Part shown: positions 14,001 to 27,526 of the stretch, piece by piece
How positions within the stretch are numbered: the first letter of the stretch is position 1
Layout: each line of letters begins with the position of its first letter
Assembly (NCBI GenBank): GCA_965644265.1
Contig: OZ286477.1
Coordinates: forward strand, 41,416,001 to 41,480,000
Direction of reading: 5' to 3'
Length of the DNA stretch: 64,000 nt
From: Glycera tridactyla
Taxonomy: Eukaryota
The notes under the pieces: model-generated
Databases searched by the model: none
What the model was told of the DNA's origin: nothing
The model's input: the letters and a program-made list of their open reading frames with translations, nothing else
Position numbers and translations under genes: made by a program

Positions 14001-16713
14001 AATTATGAAGAAAGCAAATAGAAAGTACAATGGCTGCGTTGGCCATGTAAATTAGTCCCATACCAAATCTTCCATAGGTAGATATCCTCTGTTCGCTCTG
14101 TTTCATATTCCTTCACCAAGATGCGTTCTCCCAACGCAGAAATTTGACGATTTGAAATTTTCGAGTTATGAATCACTCATCTCCAATGCATGATATTGAA
14201 CATTTATTGAATAAGCACAAGATCACTGCCACTTCACAGTCAATAGAGCAGTTTCTGCACAGCCTGCCTGGTGGCATTTGGTGAGTAGTGGTGGATTTTG
14301 GATCGATTACTACCTCCGACTGTTATGATTGGAATCTGTCACCTCCAATGAGAGAGGCGCCTCATAGAAATTAATCTCATCAAACATTCATCTTTTGCAA
14401 TGATTGCATTTCGATTACGATTTCCTTTTTATATATTATGATGTCAATGATACCCCAGTGTATGTTTTCCATACAAATTGCAGGGTTCATTGTGCTAATA
14501 TAAATCATGTCTCTCCAAATGTTCATGATGTTGTTATCCTGCCGATATGTATCTTCCATGAATATTATGATATGATATACTCGGTATACCTCTCTCATTC
14601 ATATCGTGATGTTGGTATCACTCTAATATGTCTCTGGAAAAGATATAATATTGGTTATCCCATAATACTTGTCACACACGAATATAGAGTAACCTCCTGT
14701 TTGTGACACCAGTATTTTGCCAATATTCCTTCAGACATCGCATCAAAGAGACGAATATTATAACTGCATGCTATGCTCTAACCGATTGTATAGTGTAAGG
14801 TCATCCAGTGAAAAAATGGGATGATATCATTTGCATCACCTGGTAATTGATGATAGTAATCACGGAGATGCAAAACCAGAAGAAACATCAGTAGTAAAAG
14901 GTTCAAGTAAATTCTGAGAACACTATTTTTTTCCTCCTAATTGAGTGGTCCACCAGACTGAAGCCCTCTGTCATGTGACCTATCAGAGGGATAGTCATAT
15001 ACCATCCATCATCCAGCAATACCATCGACTAGACCTCTCGTTGCATGTATGACATTCCAGGTCAATCTGACATGAAGCATGTGAAATTCTATTGGATAAG
15101 ATGTTCTGAAAGGAGATCTGGAGGCACAAGCACTATCTTGATGACCCTTGCTTCCCGCTATTCGTTCTTCAAAAATGTATGCAGGGGATATTTTCCAGGG
15201 CGCCATTTGTTCCTCAAATTTCACTACTGTTGGTAATATATACAAGTAATCAACATGCTGCAAAAGAATCGCCTGGAAACCTTCAAAACCCCAACCTGCA
15301 TCCACTCCCTGTTGCAGAGATGCCCATCGCCATCAGACACGTGATCGCCGATTGTGACGTAGAACCGCTTCAGCATACAACTTCAAATCATACACACATT
15401 TGGTCTTCAAACATGTGGAATCACGACCGCGTTATCGAGGGGTAATGATCTCACACATAGTGACTTGTGTCTTTTTTGTAGCCGATGATAGAATCATGAT
15501 CTTCAATACATCTGCTTTGGAAAAATGTCCGATATGCGATGGTCACAAGAAGAATGGAATCGACTGTAGTGATGTCTGACATACCTGCATGACCAGGCAT
15601 TGATGATTTCTACCATTTTTCCATTCAAAATTACCCCAGCAGAGGGTCGAACCTTCAATTCCCGGATGACAAAAAAATCATGTCAGTCTATCACAATCGA
15701 GCATCTATGTTTGTAGTCAAGCCTCTCTCACTATTGTATTCTTTGGAAAGGTTGTTGTTCTCAGCCTTTCATTTTGTTTGAACTCGTGAGGGGAAGAAAA
15801 TTACATTTTGTGACTCCTTTTATATTATCATCATAATCTGAACGTCGAAAGAACATTCATCTATAGGGATTCGAACCTTGTTTGAAAAAAAAAACCAGGA
15901 CATCCCAGGATACTGAGCTAATTTTGTTACCTAGATCACTTAACTTACTTGCCCAGATTCTATGTCTTTGTATAAGATGCGGTAAGTGAGAACCAGAACA
16001 ATTGAGCAGAAGTGTGCCACATCGACAGATATGAGCCAGAAGAAATGGGTAGGACCGGTGATGTATGCTTGGATGCTTGGCCATGCCCTCACATCAAAAC
16101 GATACTGTTGGCAGACCATAGAAAGCACTGCTATAGAAATTACTTTCATAATTTATTGAGCATATAGAACGGATATTCACCCCCAGTTCGTCCTACATCC
16201 CACCATCACTATGATCTCATCAGGCTCGGGAATCATTCACCAGATGTCATGGAAGGCCAAACAATATGGCAGCAACATAACCTTCAAGGGGCAGTCGAAA
16301 TAAGAATGAATAGCTAAGCCACCTAAGATTGAATTTCCGAAGTACTCGAGAGAGTTGAATTTGAATTTCTGCAATAATTGATATATTCACTATGGTATAA
16401 GAAGCCACCATATAAACTTGATGATTGTATAATAGTTCACAAACTTTGACGATATTGAACAACTTGACATCTCATCCAGCTCGTTGAAGTGACCATAAAT
16501 CGGGCGGGTAATTCATATATTTCCTGGATCAATTGATGAACTAGTCAATCAATTGATCAACCAATCCAGTCGATCACTTCTTCAGACAGTCGACCAATCA
16601 GTCAATCATTGATGAATTCCTCGAATATTGAACAATTCCATCATTTCATTCATTCAACCATCCATTCATTCATTTATTCATTCATATATTCATCCATGCA
16701 TTTAATCTTTCTA

Positions 16714-17990
16714 GATCAATTGGACTATGTGCTGGAGATAGCGGAGGGCCTAGGTTGGATTGTAAATTTGGAGAAGTCAGAATTGACTCCTATTCAGAAT
16801 TTCTCCTACCTGGGCATGGAATTCAATACTGTAGAGAGTCTAGTGAAGCCAACATTGAAGAGAATCTAGAGACTGAAGGCATGTGTCAGATCATTCTTGA
16901 GATGCCCTGTCCAACCAGCAAGAGTGATCCTAAGACTCTTGGGACACATGTCCAGTCTCTTGGACTTCATCCATCTAGGTCGGCTCTATATGAGACCAAT
17001 CCAGCTTCACCTTTTGTCTGTTTGGAGACCTCACTTCGACGACTTAGAGTCTCTGGTCACTCTGTCGGAGGAAGTTCTGGAAAATACTGAACTGGTGGAT
17101 GTCCAGAGAAAATACTCTACAAGGTATTCCTCTGCAGCCTCCAAATCCTCAAATAATGATCACGACAGATGCTTCTCTGACAGGCTGGGGGGCGACAGTG
17201 ACATTTCAGGAAGAGAGGGACCATGTTTCGGGGGAGTGGCCTCTCAGTTACAAAGAAAGGTCCATAAATTCCCTAGAGCTGGAATCTATACTGTTGGCTC
17301 TAGAGACCTTTCACAAATGGATAGTAGGGAAAAGAGTTCTTCTTTTGTCAGACAATGCTATAGCAGTGGCCTATATCAGAAATCAAGGGGGGGGACACAA
17401 AGCGCATTGCTGTGTGGCCTTGCCTGGCAGACTCTAATGTTTGCGGAAAGTTGAGGGGCGATATTACTGATCAGACATATCCCAGGGAACAGGAATGTGC
17501 TGGCGGACGCTCTGTCCAGATCCAAACCAATTCAAACGGAATGGGAACTGGACAGGGCAACATTTCAGAAGGTGTTGGAGTGGTTTCAAGTATTACCAAC
17601 AGTAGATCTGATGGCTACATATGCGAGCAAGAAGCTTCCAGTATTTGTAAGGACCTTTCCCGATCCAATGGCACTGGCCGTGGATGCCATGTCTATCCCA
17701 TGGGATCAGTTCCAAATAGCATATATATATATCCTCCAACAGCCCTCAACAGAGAGGTGCTGAACAAACTTTGAAATCTAGACCTTGTTCTGATTTGTGT
17801 GGCCCCCTGGTGGCCCAACAAGGCATGGTTTTCGGATTTGCTGGAAATGTCTGTGACAAGCCCATAGGAGTTGCCGACTCACAGGGACATTCTAACCCAG
17901 GTGGTGAAGGAAAGAGGCTAAATCATTGGAAGCCTCAAGTCACGAACCTTCACGCCTGGTGTTTATCAGGTATGCCCTTGTCGAGAAAGG
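16714..17990 (+). pseudogene. DIRS-A RT/RNase H/methyltransferase ORF, disrupted
   Basis: ORF-track pieces 16609-16869, 16897-~17090, 17099-17400 and 17497-17730 join into one pol-like protein. In-frame stops occur at 16867 and ~17452, with at least three frameshifts. It ends in the NLHAWCLS motif. Confidence 0.92.
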
Positions 17991-19010
17991 CTTCTTTGCT
18001 GAGGCAGTCAATAGAATCTCTAACCCAACCAGGGGGTCCACAGATAAGGTGTACAATGCCCGATGGGAAATCTGGGACCAGTGGTGTGGGGACCATCGGG
18101 TTGATCTGGTTGATACATCACTGGCTATGATCATCGATTTTTTCTTTTTTCTGTGGGATGAAGGGAAGTCGGTTGAAACCTTGAAAGGTTATAAATCAGC
18201 TATGGCTTCATTTTTTTTGTCATTTTGACAAGCAAATATTTGATTCTAAAGACTTGAAATCCTTTTTTCGCAATATGTCTTTAGAGAGGCCGATTCACAG
18301 AAGTATTGTACCAGCCTGGAACTTGCCTATAGTTTCAAGGTTCTTAACGGGAGCTCCGTTTGAACCTCTTGATCAGGCAAGTTTGGAGTCCTTGACTATA
18401 AAGACCGTGTTTTTAAATGCGTTGGCATCTAAAAGCAGGAGGAGCGAGTTACATTCGTTATCTGGCAACCCTCAGGCGATTAGATCTACTCGCAGTCTTT
18501 CCAAGGTTACTCTGGTTTTCTGGCAAAGAATCAACCTCCAGATAAGGAAAGTCCTTTTATTCAGATACCGGCCTTGTCTACCACTGATGGTAGTGGTAAT
18601 GAGGCAACACTTTGTCCTGTTAGAGCTCTGAAGATTTACCTCGATAGGGTATCTCATTTTAGAGGAGACAGGAGATGGTTATTTCTTCCTATTTCTGAGA
18701 CAAGTAGGACAGAAATTAGAGGGGACAGGATCTCGAAATGGGTTCAAGATCTTGTTTTAAGAGCACACAGTCAGTCTGATGGTTATTCATGAGGAGAAAG
18801 AGTTTCTGCCCATGAGGTGAGAGCATTGGCCTCATCTTGGCGCATATTAGATAGGAACTCATCTTTGCATGAAAACATGCAATCAGCATATCGGAGGTCT
18901 GGGAACACTTTCGCTACCTTCTATCTGCATGATCTTTCTGGTCAAGCAATGGACTATATTCATTGGGACCATTAGTAGTGGGGCAACCGGTTGTTTTGCC
19001 TCCTGAGTAA
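17926..19010 (+). pseudogene. DIRS-A tyrosine recombinase ORF, disrupted
   Basis: SAM-like N-domain (VYNARWEIWDQWC, TLKGYKSA), VPAWNL, PFEPL, ALASKSRRSEL, LCPVRALKIY, SAHEVRALASSW, TFATFYLHDL, ending GPLVVGQPVVLPPE* at 19010. Split by stops and frameshifts. Confidence 0.92.
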
Positions 19011-19046
19011 TTTGAGCAATTTGCTCACCATCCGTGCTATATTTGG

Positions 19047-19394
19047 ATGCTAAATTTGAGGGAGAGACAGGGACGGTATTAACTAAACCCAGGTTTTTTA
19101 TGTAACCTGGCTGGTAATACCTACCTGTCTCTCCCTCAAATAGATGGACCCTCCCATTCGTCCCTGCTAATTGTTGTGAAAATACTCTGTGCGCATGCAT
19201 GGAAGTCGCCAGGTCACTAGTGAGGCATTAGCGGCACTAGCTGGCGGGAGGCAACGGGGAGGCATGGAGGTCCATCTAGTGAATTCTTCACTTTGTTGTG
19301 AAGTTCGAGCGTAGGTAGTAAGGCATGGGGAATGCTAAATTTGAGGGAGAAACGGGTAGGTATCAACAGCCAGGTTACATAAAAAACCTGGGTT
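19047..19394 (+). repeat. DIRS-A internal complementary region (19047-19141) and right terminal repeat (19332-19394)
   Basis: 19085-19141 (aacccaggttttttatgtaacctggctggtaatacctacctgtctctccctcaaat) is the near-perfect reverse complement of 19337-19394. The left half 19047-19080 resembles the terminal repeat. This is the canonical DIRS1 ICR/ITR layout. Confidence 0.9.
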
Positions 19395-19836
19395 GAATTA
19401 CACATGCGTCTGTATCTCATAGGATTCCCGGTATGTATATCAGGCTAGACCTTTACCGAGAACAAATTTCTCATACTGACTCGTATATCATACATCTAGC
19501 ACCCTCTTCGAGGGCAAGTTAGATTTGATACTTTTCAATTTTGGAGAGATGATTCCTATCTATGTTGTTGAATAAGAGACCGAGTGTCATGTGCAACCAA
19601 TCACAACATTATCCAAGAAGGCAGAAAGTCATTTCAAGATGTCAGGAAAGGGCAAAGCAATGCAGGAGATCCCCTGGAATGAAGTTACTTAAAAATCGCA
19701 ATAAGTCATAAGTATGGATCATCGAAAAATGGATGAGCTCTGGGAATGATGATCGTTGTGAGAGTCTAGAAAAGTTATGGTCATTATGAGGATGAATCTT
19801 GAAAGTTGAACACACTCATGAATCATGAAGAGAGTC

Positions 19837-22800
19837 ATCATCTATCTAGAATCAGATCGTTATTGGGTCTGGAACTAGGCGATGCTTTTCAAGTGATCAC
19901 CATATAGTGATGTTCAGCTATCAAGTGACGAAGGATGATAAACATTTCTAGGAAGGCAGAATCCTGCAAGTAATTGGATATCTGACTGAACGTCTGTCTA
20001 TCAGTATGAACACAATCTTTGCTGGTATCAGGCACTAGGCCATGCATGTCCAGGGGAAGTAGTGGTTCTGTCATACAGAAGGCTAATCAGAGGTCTGATA
20101 GAAGGTACACGCTGTGATGCCATTAAGGAGTCATTAGGCTGTGAGCGTGTACCCTGACCCCACCCCGTCCCCCTGTGTACATGCATTGTGATCTATGATG
20201 TACATCAAATCAATTATACAACTATGACCCCTTAATAATATTCCTCTCATTTCTGAACAAATGCCATAATCCATTCTGTTTTTGATTTGCTCTCAAGATT
20301 TCCCATTCTTGCTTCGAGCACTAATCATATCTGTAGTCGCATTTCTTGCCACCTTCTATGCCATATACAAATCATTCAATAAGACTCTGCAAATCTTCAC
20401 CATTGTTATAAATGGAAAGTCATCTCCTGACACATGGAATTCCCATAATTCTTCCATAATTCCGAAGCCCATCCTAATCATATACACATAAGTATTCACA
20501 TGGCTTCTTCAATTTCAAATATATGTATTTCTTCCATCCTGGTATGCATCAAAACTTCATCTGTCATTTTTTTTCCACCAACTCTGAACGGATTTCCGCC
20601 TAGTGGTTCGTCAACAATGAGATGGTGAAAAATGATCGGCATGCTCACAAAGCAGTTGGTATAATCTCGCTGTTTTGAACCTCATTTATGTTACGGTGCA
20701 TAGCTGCCGATATGATCGATCAATAGATAGAACTCAGCAGAGACAGATGGAGTATGATTGGATGCCTCGTTTTCGCCCAGTTTGTAATCATCTGTGACAG
20801 TACTTTGTAGGAGAGGAGAGCCTGATATTAATCAGAAAGAACACATTCATCTCGGACTCATCTGACCTGTCTCATTCGCTGTATCAATGAGCTGATCTCA
20901 TCAGAGTTTCGAAGAACCGGAGATGGGAGAATATGTACTGCCCAGCTGTGAGATATTGAAGGTAATCCCCGGTGGTGAAGTTTGTAATCTTCCGATATTT
21001 TTTTATTTATTTATCAGTAGGTTGCCTTCAAATTCTGGTCTCAAATTTCTGTATCTCACTCGTTTATCTCTAGAACCAGTAGGGGTGGATATGTGAATTA
21101 GCCCATACTTTTCTGACTAAAACGAACAAAGCATTCCCTATCAGAAGACAGTCTCGGTATCCACGATACTCGCAAAGGACTACGCATGAATTAGCAAGGT
21201 GAAAAACTGCAGTAAATGATGATTGCTCTGATGCACAAACTGTCCTCGTAATCCTGATGTGGAAATGACTTTGGAATGGAAAACAAAATCATGGTGAATG
21301 CGTTATACACACAAATCATCATGACCGTTACAGTAATCAGTTTAATCGCAATCTGTTCCAATTATCTTAGTTTCACCATCGAAGATATAATGACCGAAGC
21401 ATGGTATCAAGAAAGCATGGGATTCCCAGGAGACAGATCTCTAATTAGTAAAAAAGCAGAAAGATCTTGATTGCGGGAAGGACCAGGTGATGTCCTCTGA
21501 ATGATGACTAAATCCTGATGGTGAGGTGGCAGAACGGATGATGGTGATCCACATTTCTTGAGAGCCTCGATCCAAAAAGTAATTCTAATGTCTCAGTGAA
21601 AGGCAATTACTCTGAGGTTAATCCTGTTCTCTTATAGACCAAGCATATGAAACTGGTGATGTTGCTTTTGTGTATCAATGCAAGTAGCTCAACTCATGTC
21701 TGGGGGGGGGGGCAATTCATGCCATGACAGCCCTGGAGTAGTGTCACCATTAACGAGTCATTTTCTGCTTAGGGAATACCCTGCCCCCCTGTATGAATGG
21801 AGATGATACCAGTTTTACAACTCAGACCACCTAATCAACACTTGTCGACGCTTATCCATATTCGAATGCCAGTCATCCGACTTTTGAAAACTCACATCCT
21901 GAAGACATCTGAATCGCAAACTGAGTCATATGTGTTTCACTGCTATTATATATATTGCTGTCATCAGCCCATGACAGCACTTTTCACCAATGAAGAGATA
22001 CAGACTGTGGTCGAATATTGGAATTACAGAATTATAGTATTTTGGCCATGGTTGACTCCACAATGCCCTGATGAGAGCCGAAGCACAGACAGGTCTGGAC
22101 ATGTCTTAAGTTTCGAGAACCTAGGCAATTTCAGAATACATTTGAACATGTACGGTTCATCAGACTTTGTCATTTGCGGTGTTCCGCCAATTAGGAGATA
22201 GAAGAGTGTGAATGCCGTGATCTGGTTGCTGCTTCTGAAAAGATGTGACGGTGCCATCAGGAATGAGGTAAGGATTGAAACTTGGGTGATATGGCTGGAA
22301 ACATTTTTACCATTGTGAGATATCACACGGACAGCGAGAATCATCAGTCCTTGCATGGGCACCAACAACCATCACTGATTCACCCCAACTTGAATGATAC
22401 AAAGAGGCCATTTATCACAGGCACCCATTGTGTATGACTTCTCCCGGAGAGATGAACCAGACGCAATCATCATTATCTGTCAGAAGAGATAGGTTCAGAT
22501 ATACCTCGTCCAGTCGAGAGCTTGTCCACCATGACTCCATGTGGTAATATACAACAGAGGTTATGTGATCTAATATATTGTCATTTTGGCATGCTCACTA
22601 CTGTGCTTCATCCGTCTGTGACTTCCTGCCTGACTCTGTACATGCCTGTCTTACTGCCCAACTCTCTTCCCATCCTGCTGATGTTCAATTGTCCACCGAT
22701 CAGTCCATTAGATCATCAGTCCATTCATCAAATCATCCATTCACTCATCCATCCATTCATCTATCAGCCTGTCAATCTGTTCATTGGTTTGACTGCCTAC

Positions 22801-23189
22801 ATACCTGCCTGTCTCTCTGCCTGTCTGTCCGAATGTCTCTCCATTCATTTCTTATTTCACATGTCTTCAACTCCTCATGTTTGCGTCTTTCTGCCTATTG
22901 GTACACTTTCCTCCACCTTCTTCCCCCCCCCCCCTGGCTTCATTCATGTATCTATCTCTGTCTATGACTGTCGGCTCGAAGAAGAGGTCATCAGAAAACA
23001 GAGATATTTATCCCAATTGTTATAGTGACCCAGTGTCTAATGTACTGTCATTTCTTCTTCGATTACGGATATCCATCAACAGTGGAGGCTCTCATTAGTG
23101 ATGCACTTTTCCCACTCTAGATTGATGGCCATATAGAGAACTGCGATAAGTGATTTCCCGTATGAAAAAAGCAGTCTGTCTGTCTGTTT

Positions 23190-23220
<31 letters not shown>

Positions 23221-26200
23221 CCCTCTCTCTATTTTTATCTACTGCTGCCATCTAACCGTAACTATGGTGGTATCTGTCAGTGATGTCATCAATATATGTC
23301 AGTAATAATCTTGATGATCCAATGATGACGTCCTTTATAAAGGTCAGATGCCCGGCGGGGGGCATATCATCTCCCACGTCTCCACGGATCAATTCCATCA
23401 TCAGCGGCCAGGTCCCTCATCAGTCATGTCCATAGACGACTCTCGATGCCTCCCATACTAGATGACATATGTTGAGTGTGAGTCTGGTACCATGTGTGTT
23501 GGAGATACATATATCAGATTCATATATGAGCCACCTAGCTGTGGCTTGAGAGAGAAAGTGACTATTTGATGGACCTACCTCATATCCTGTGAAGTCAGAA
23601 AGGGACATCATTCGAAGTCTCACTTTCAGTCAGATGCAATATCTGATGCGTTGATCATAATTGTTACAAAAATCATTTTGATTGCAAGCTATAGATAGAA
23701 AAATACTTTTCAGAAATTTCTACAATGTCGGTTTCCAATCTCAGACTCACAAACCACAATTCCAACACAGTGGTAGCTCAGATACTGGTCGATTGTTTGA
23801 GTTGTGATACCTCCCAATGTCACCGATGCTTATCAACATCTGGCGTCCTTCATAAAGTTGACTTATATTGCTGCAATTGTTCCCCATTAGGCTGCTGAAA
23901 CCATTGGCACACCAGAGGTGAAGAATGGGGCCCCCATATTTTCCTACCTATCTTGAGCGGTGACGACTGCTGTCCTTCGTGAAAAGTAGGGACAGCTCCC
24001 AACAGCTGTGCTCCTCTTCTTCAGCAATTCTAGTTCTCCGTCTGATATAACTCAAGAAGTGTGAAAGGACGTCAAACCCATTCTAATAAACAAACATTCA
24101 TAATTGCTGGAATCATGATCAGATATGATTTAGTATGCCGAAACTTTACACATGCCTCATCGAGGACATTGACGGTCAGACTCCGGCTCTGATCATATGA
24201 AACAAAAGCCCACAAATGTTATGCTTCTTGGTGGTTGTCAAATGGCTTGATGATTTAATGACTGATATACGCATCTCATAATATTTGGTATGAGATATGG
24301 TGCATTATTATGTCCTCTGAGCACCAGGCCATTGGTATGTATTCCACTGATTTTTCACCTTCTGTGAAGCACTATAATTACGAGTTTATGACCATCCTTT
24401 GTTTATCGCATAAATGCGATACAACTTTCTGTGAAGCACTACAATTATGAGTTCATGACCATCCTTTGTTTATCGCATAAATGTGATACAACCTTCCCAA
24501 AAGACATCAAATATCACTCCACGGTTTCTTTAATGAATATCACACGATCAGGTATTCATGACGTATATTCCGATCTATCCTCATCGGATTATTATATTGT
24601 GATGCTGATTTCGGCTGCTAGCATTCCAGTGTGAGATGCTGATGGTGCGTATTGATTTTTTTGTTGTAGGTGAGATGTCACTCCATCTCAACTTGTCTTA
24701 CTCGAAATCGGTAAGATTTAGTTGAGGTATATGGCAAGTATCAGCCTAGTGGATTATGTATGGCATGCATTTCTTGTCAATTCAATGGAAGCTGGATGTG
24801 CTGTCCCTGCGTTTGTGTGTGATGGTTCATGTGTATGAGTGATCATGTGTGTTAATGTGAGTGATTTTGAGTGATGGAATAGAGGTCATTGTGTGAAAGA
24901 ATTAAACAGATGAGTGACCGTGTGTTGATATGTGAGTATTTGAGAATGTCTGTGAGTACCCACGACAATATGCATGTGAACGGATTTGTGCACGTATGGA
25001 TGAGATGGTTTGAGTGTGTGAGTGTATTACTGTGTGCATTCGTGTGTGCGTGCAACTGTGTGTTTGTGTGTGTGTGAGGCGGGCGTGTCTGTAAGTGTGT
25101 GCATGTGTTAGCTTCTGCATGCCTGTACGTGGAGGGAAATGAGTTCATCCATCTATGTCCCCCTTCTACAGAACCTAAAAATCGATTGAATTTGTAATGA
25201 ATATCTAAGATGAAGTGAGCATGAATAATTGTGCATATATCATGATACCGTAGCATTTCTCAACGGATCTTTGTTTTTCATGGGATGACTCAGTGGTACA
25301 TCGACCAGTAGACTTGACAGCATATTAGTAGTTGGGGGTAACATGCACAATGTATATAAGTTGAACACAAATGAGACAAGTGGGCTGAACCAGTTATCAC
25401 GTTCCCTGGCCAGGAATTTGTATGTGTGTCTATGTGTGTACCTCAAGGTATCTATCCATCCCTTCATCCATCCACCTATTCATTCCGCTGTACGTCTCTT
25501 CCCCAGTCTCCGCACTTGTTTGTCTCTACATTCATGCAATACAGAATAATCTGAGAGGGAGAGTTAGGCAGCTAGTGTAAGTTGGTGAGTGCATTATAAA
25601 TCACAAAGGGATGCAATCATAAGCAAACTGGATGTTAGAGGATGATAGGCGCCTTTCATAACAAGCTATTATTGGAAAACTATTAGAGCATGTATAACTC
25701 AAGCCCCAATGGGTAACTCAGTCTGTCTCTCTCATCAATGGCATCCATGGTCGGCCATCAGTAGCACATGTCATGTGTGTTGATCCTGATGTACTCTCAT
25801 CTTATCATAAATAGGCATCTGGTTGGTTATTGATGCATGTAATCACTTTTTTCAGGGCTACTACTAATTCGAAATCACTGAGAGCACATGTGAGCTGGAT
25901 GATATGGCAGTTGTTGTTACATACTTGATAGCAGCAAGGTTTTGTATTTAACCCTCTGTGAAGAGCTCGACGATGCTTGGAGTCATGGCAGGTGATATTG
26001 TTGCATGGGGGATAGCAGTGAACTGTTACAGCCATACTCTGTAGTTCAATGATCTGATCCTCTATGTTGTCATTGGTTGTAATAGCCATACATATCTCTC
26101 TTTGAAGACTGAATAGTTTTTGATATTATCTCTCCCCAAATATCATAACCTTCATGATTTCTTTATACATGTTATATTCAGAATGACTGTTTGGATCTAG

Positions 26201-27379
26201 ATGAACAACAGGTTCTCATCAAATTCGAAGACAGGTTAGTTTGATTCACAGTCATTCATATCCTACATGTTTTTGGAGTTGATAGTTGATATTTCCTAAC
26301 AAAACTCTCTGATTTGAATGATTTCTCATGCACTTTGCGTCATATCCTAGTGTCAATATTCGGTATGTATTGGCTATGAGTACAGCCGATTTTGTGATCA
26401 CTTTTGGGGATATCCAAAACATCCCCGAAACATAGGTCCATATTTCAATCCTGATGTGCTGACTGAATAAGTGAGCATGTGCTGGTGTGATCATACAGTG
26501 GCAGATTACGATGACACTGACTTATCGACCTCACAATACACCAGATGTAGTTTTCCAATGTGGAAGCTCGCATGTCTAAGGTCATAGTTTTACCTTCTGT
26601 CATGAAGCCAAACTGGGGTGGGGAATTACCTGATGATGCTTCCAAGGTCTATGACATGGTTGTTCTAATAAATGGTACCATTAGATCACCTTCCGTCACA
26701 GTCACAGCCCACACAGCAAACAGCGATTTAGTATTGAAGGGACCAATCTTAAGGGTGACCTGTCTGCAGACAGATGAATTAGTCATATTGTCGTGTAATT
26801 GATGATCCTCCGGTTCAAATTTGATATGCAGATATGATTTTCTGTGTTTAACAAGAGTTGAGATGGGAGAAAGTTGGTACACAATGAGGAACAAGCGAGA
26901 ATCATTGAGATGTTAATCCAATTTCCACCCACATCAGAAACTATAATGCACCATGTCAGGTGAATCTTGTGAGATATTGACAACCATTGTGTTAGCTCTT
27001 CTTGAGCAAAAACTGTCTTGTCTGAATACTATGCCATATATTCTCATCAATAAAAAGGATGAATGGAACCACAAATACAAGTTAATCAAACCTTCTGGTT
27101 TTAATAAGAAAGATGGATGAAGAAGTTTCGACTGAAAAGGGTTTAATGAAGAGACAGCCAGTGAAATACAAGAAAATTGAAAGTTGGTTTTTCAAAAAGG
27201 GCAAGCTTTTTGTCTTTCTCAATCAGAATCTGAATTGCTCGCCGATGACATTATCGTTGCTCAGCGGAATGCCATCTGATTTCACAGGCAGGAATCTGAA
27301 AGTCAGGAAATCAGGGGCATTTGCCTGAAAGTTGTAGCATTCTCTCTCATAAGCTGTGGACTGCAAATGCATGCTGAAG
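19837..27379 (+). repeat. Inverted repeat IR1, left arm (~7.5 kb)
   Basis: Reverse complement of 29882-37074. Inner coordinates sum to 57261 (ORF pairs 26560-26802 / 30459-30701 and 25805-26089 / 31172-31456). Confidence 0.97.
24364..24497. repeat. 67-bp tandem duplication (mirror ~32764-32897)
   Basis: gtgaagcacta...gatacaac at 24364 and 24431. Confidence 0.9.
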
Positions 27380-27526
27380 ATTTTGTGCTTTATATGAAAT
27401 CATCAGTGCAAATCAGATCGATTCAATCTGTCAAAGCTACTTCTCTGTTTCAAGAAAACGAGATACCATGAGATGGCTGGGACAAAAAATGGGTGAATGT
27501 CATTTTCAATCCTTGACTTTTTGGCG

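Larger units (their letters stand above)
16714..19394 (+). mobile_element. DIRS1-like tyrosine-recombinase retrotransposon (DIRS-A), 5'-truncated and decayed
   Basis: Domain order RT C-terminus (LGWIVNLEKS, FSYLG), RNase H (TDASLTGWG, SDN, ADALSR), methyltransferase (DLMAT, YPP, APWWP), YR (RRSEL, HEVR, FYL), then ICR and 3' terminal repeat. The 5' end abuts a TTCA-type simple repeat. Confidence 0.95.

Noticed and set aside
22522-23025. 130-170-aa ORFs rich in IHPSIH (also 5069-5530, 33868-34382, 46983-47323)
   Set aside because: They translate degenerate (TCCA)/(CTGT) simple repeats, which are open in several frames.
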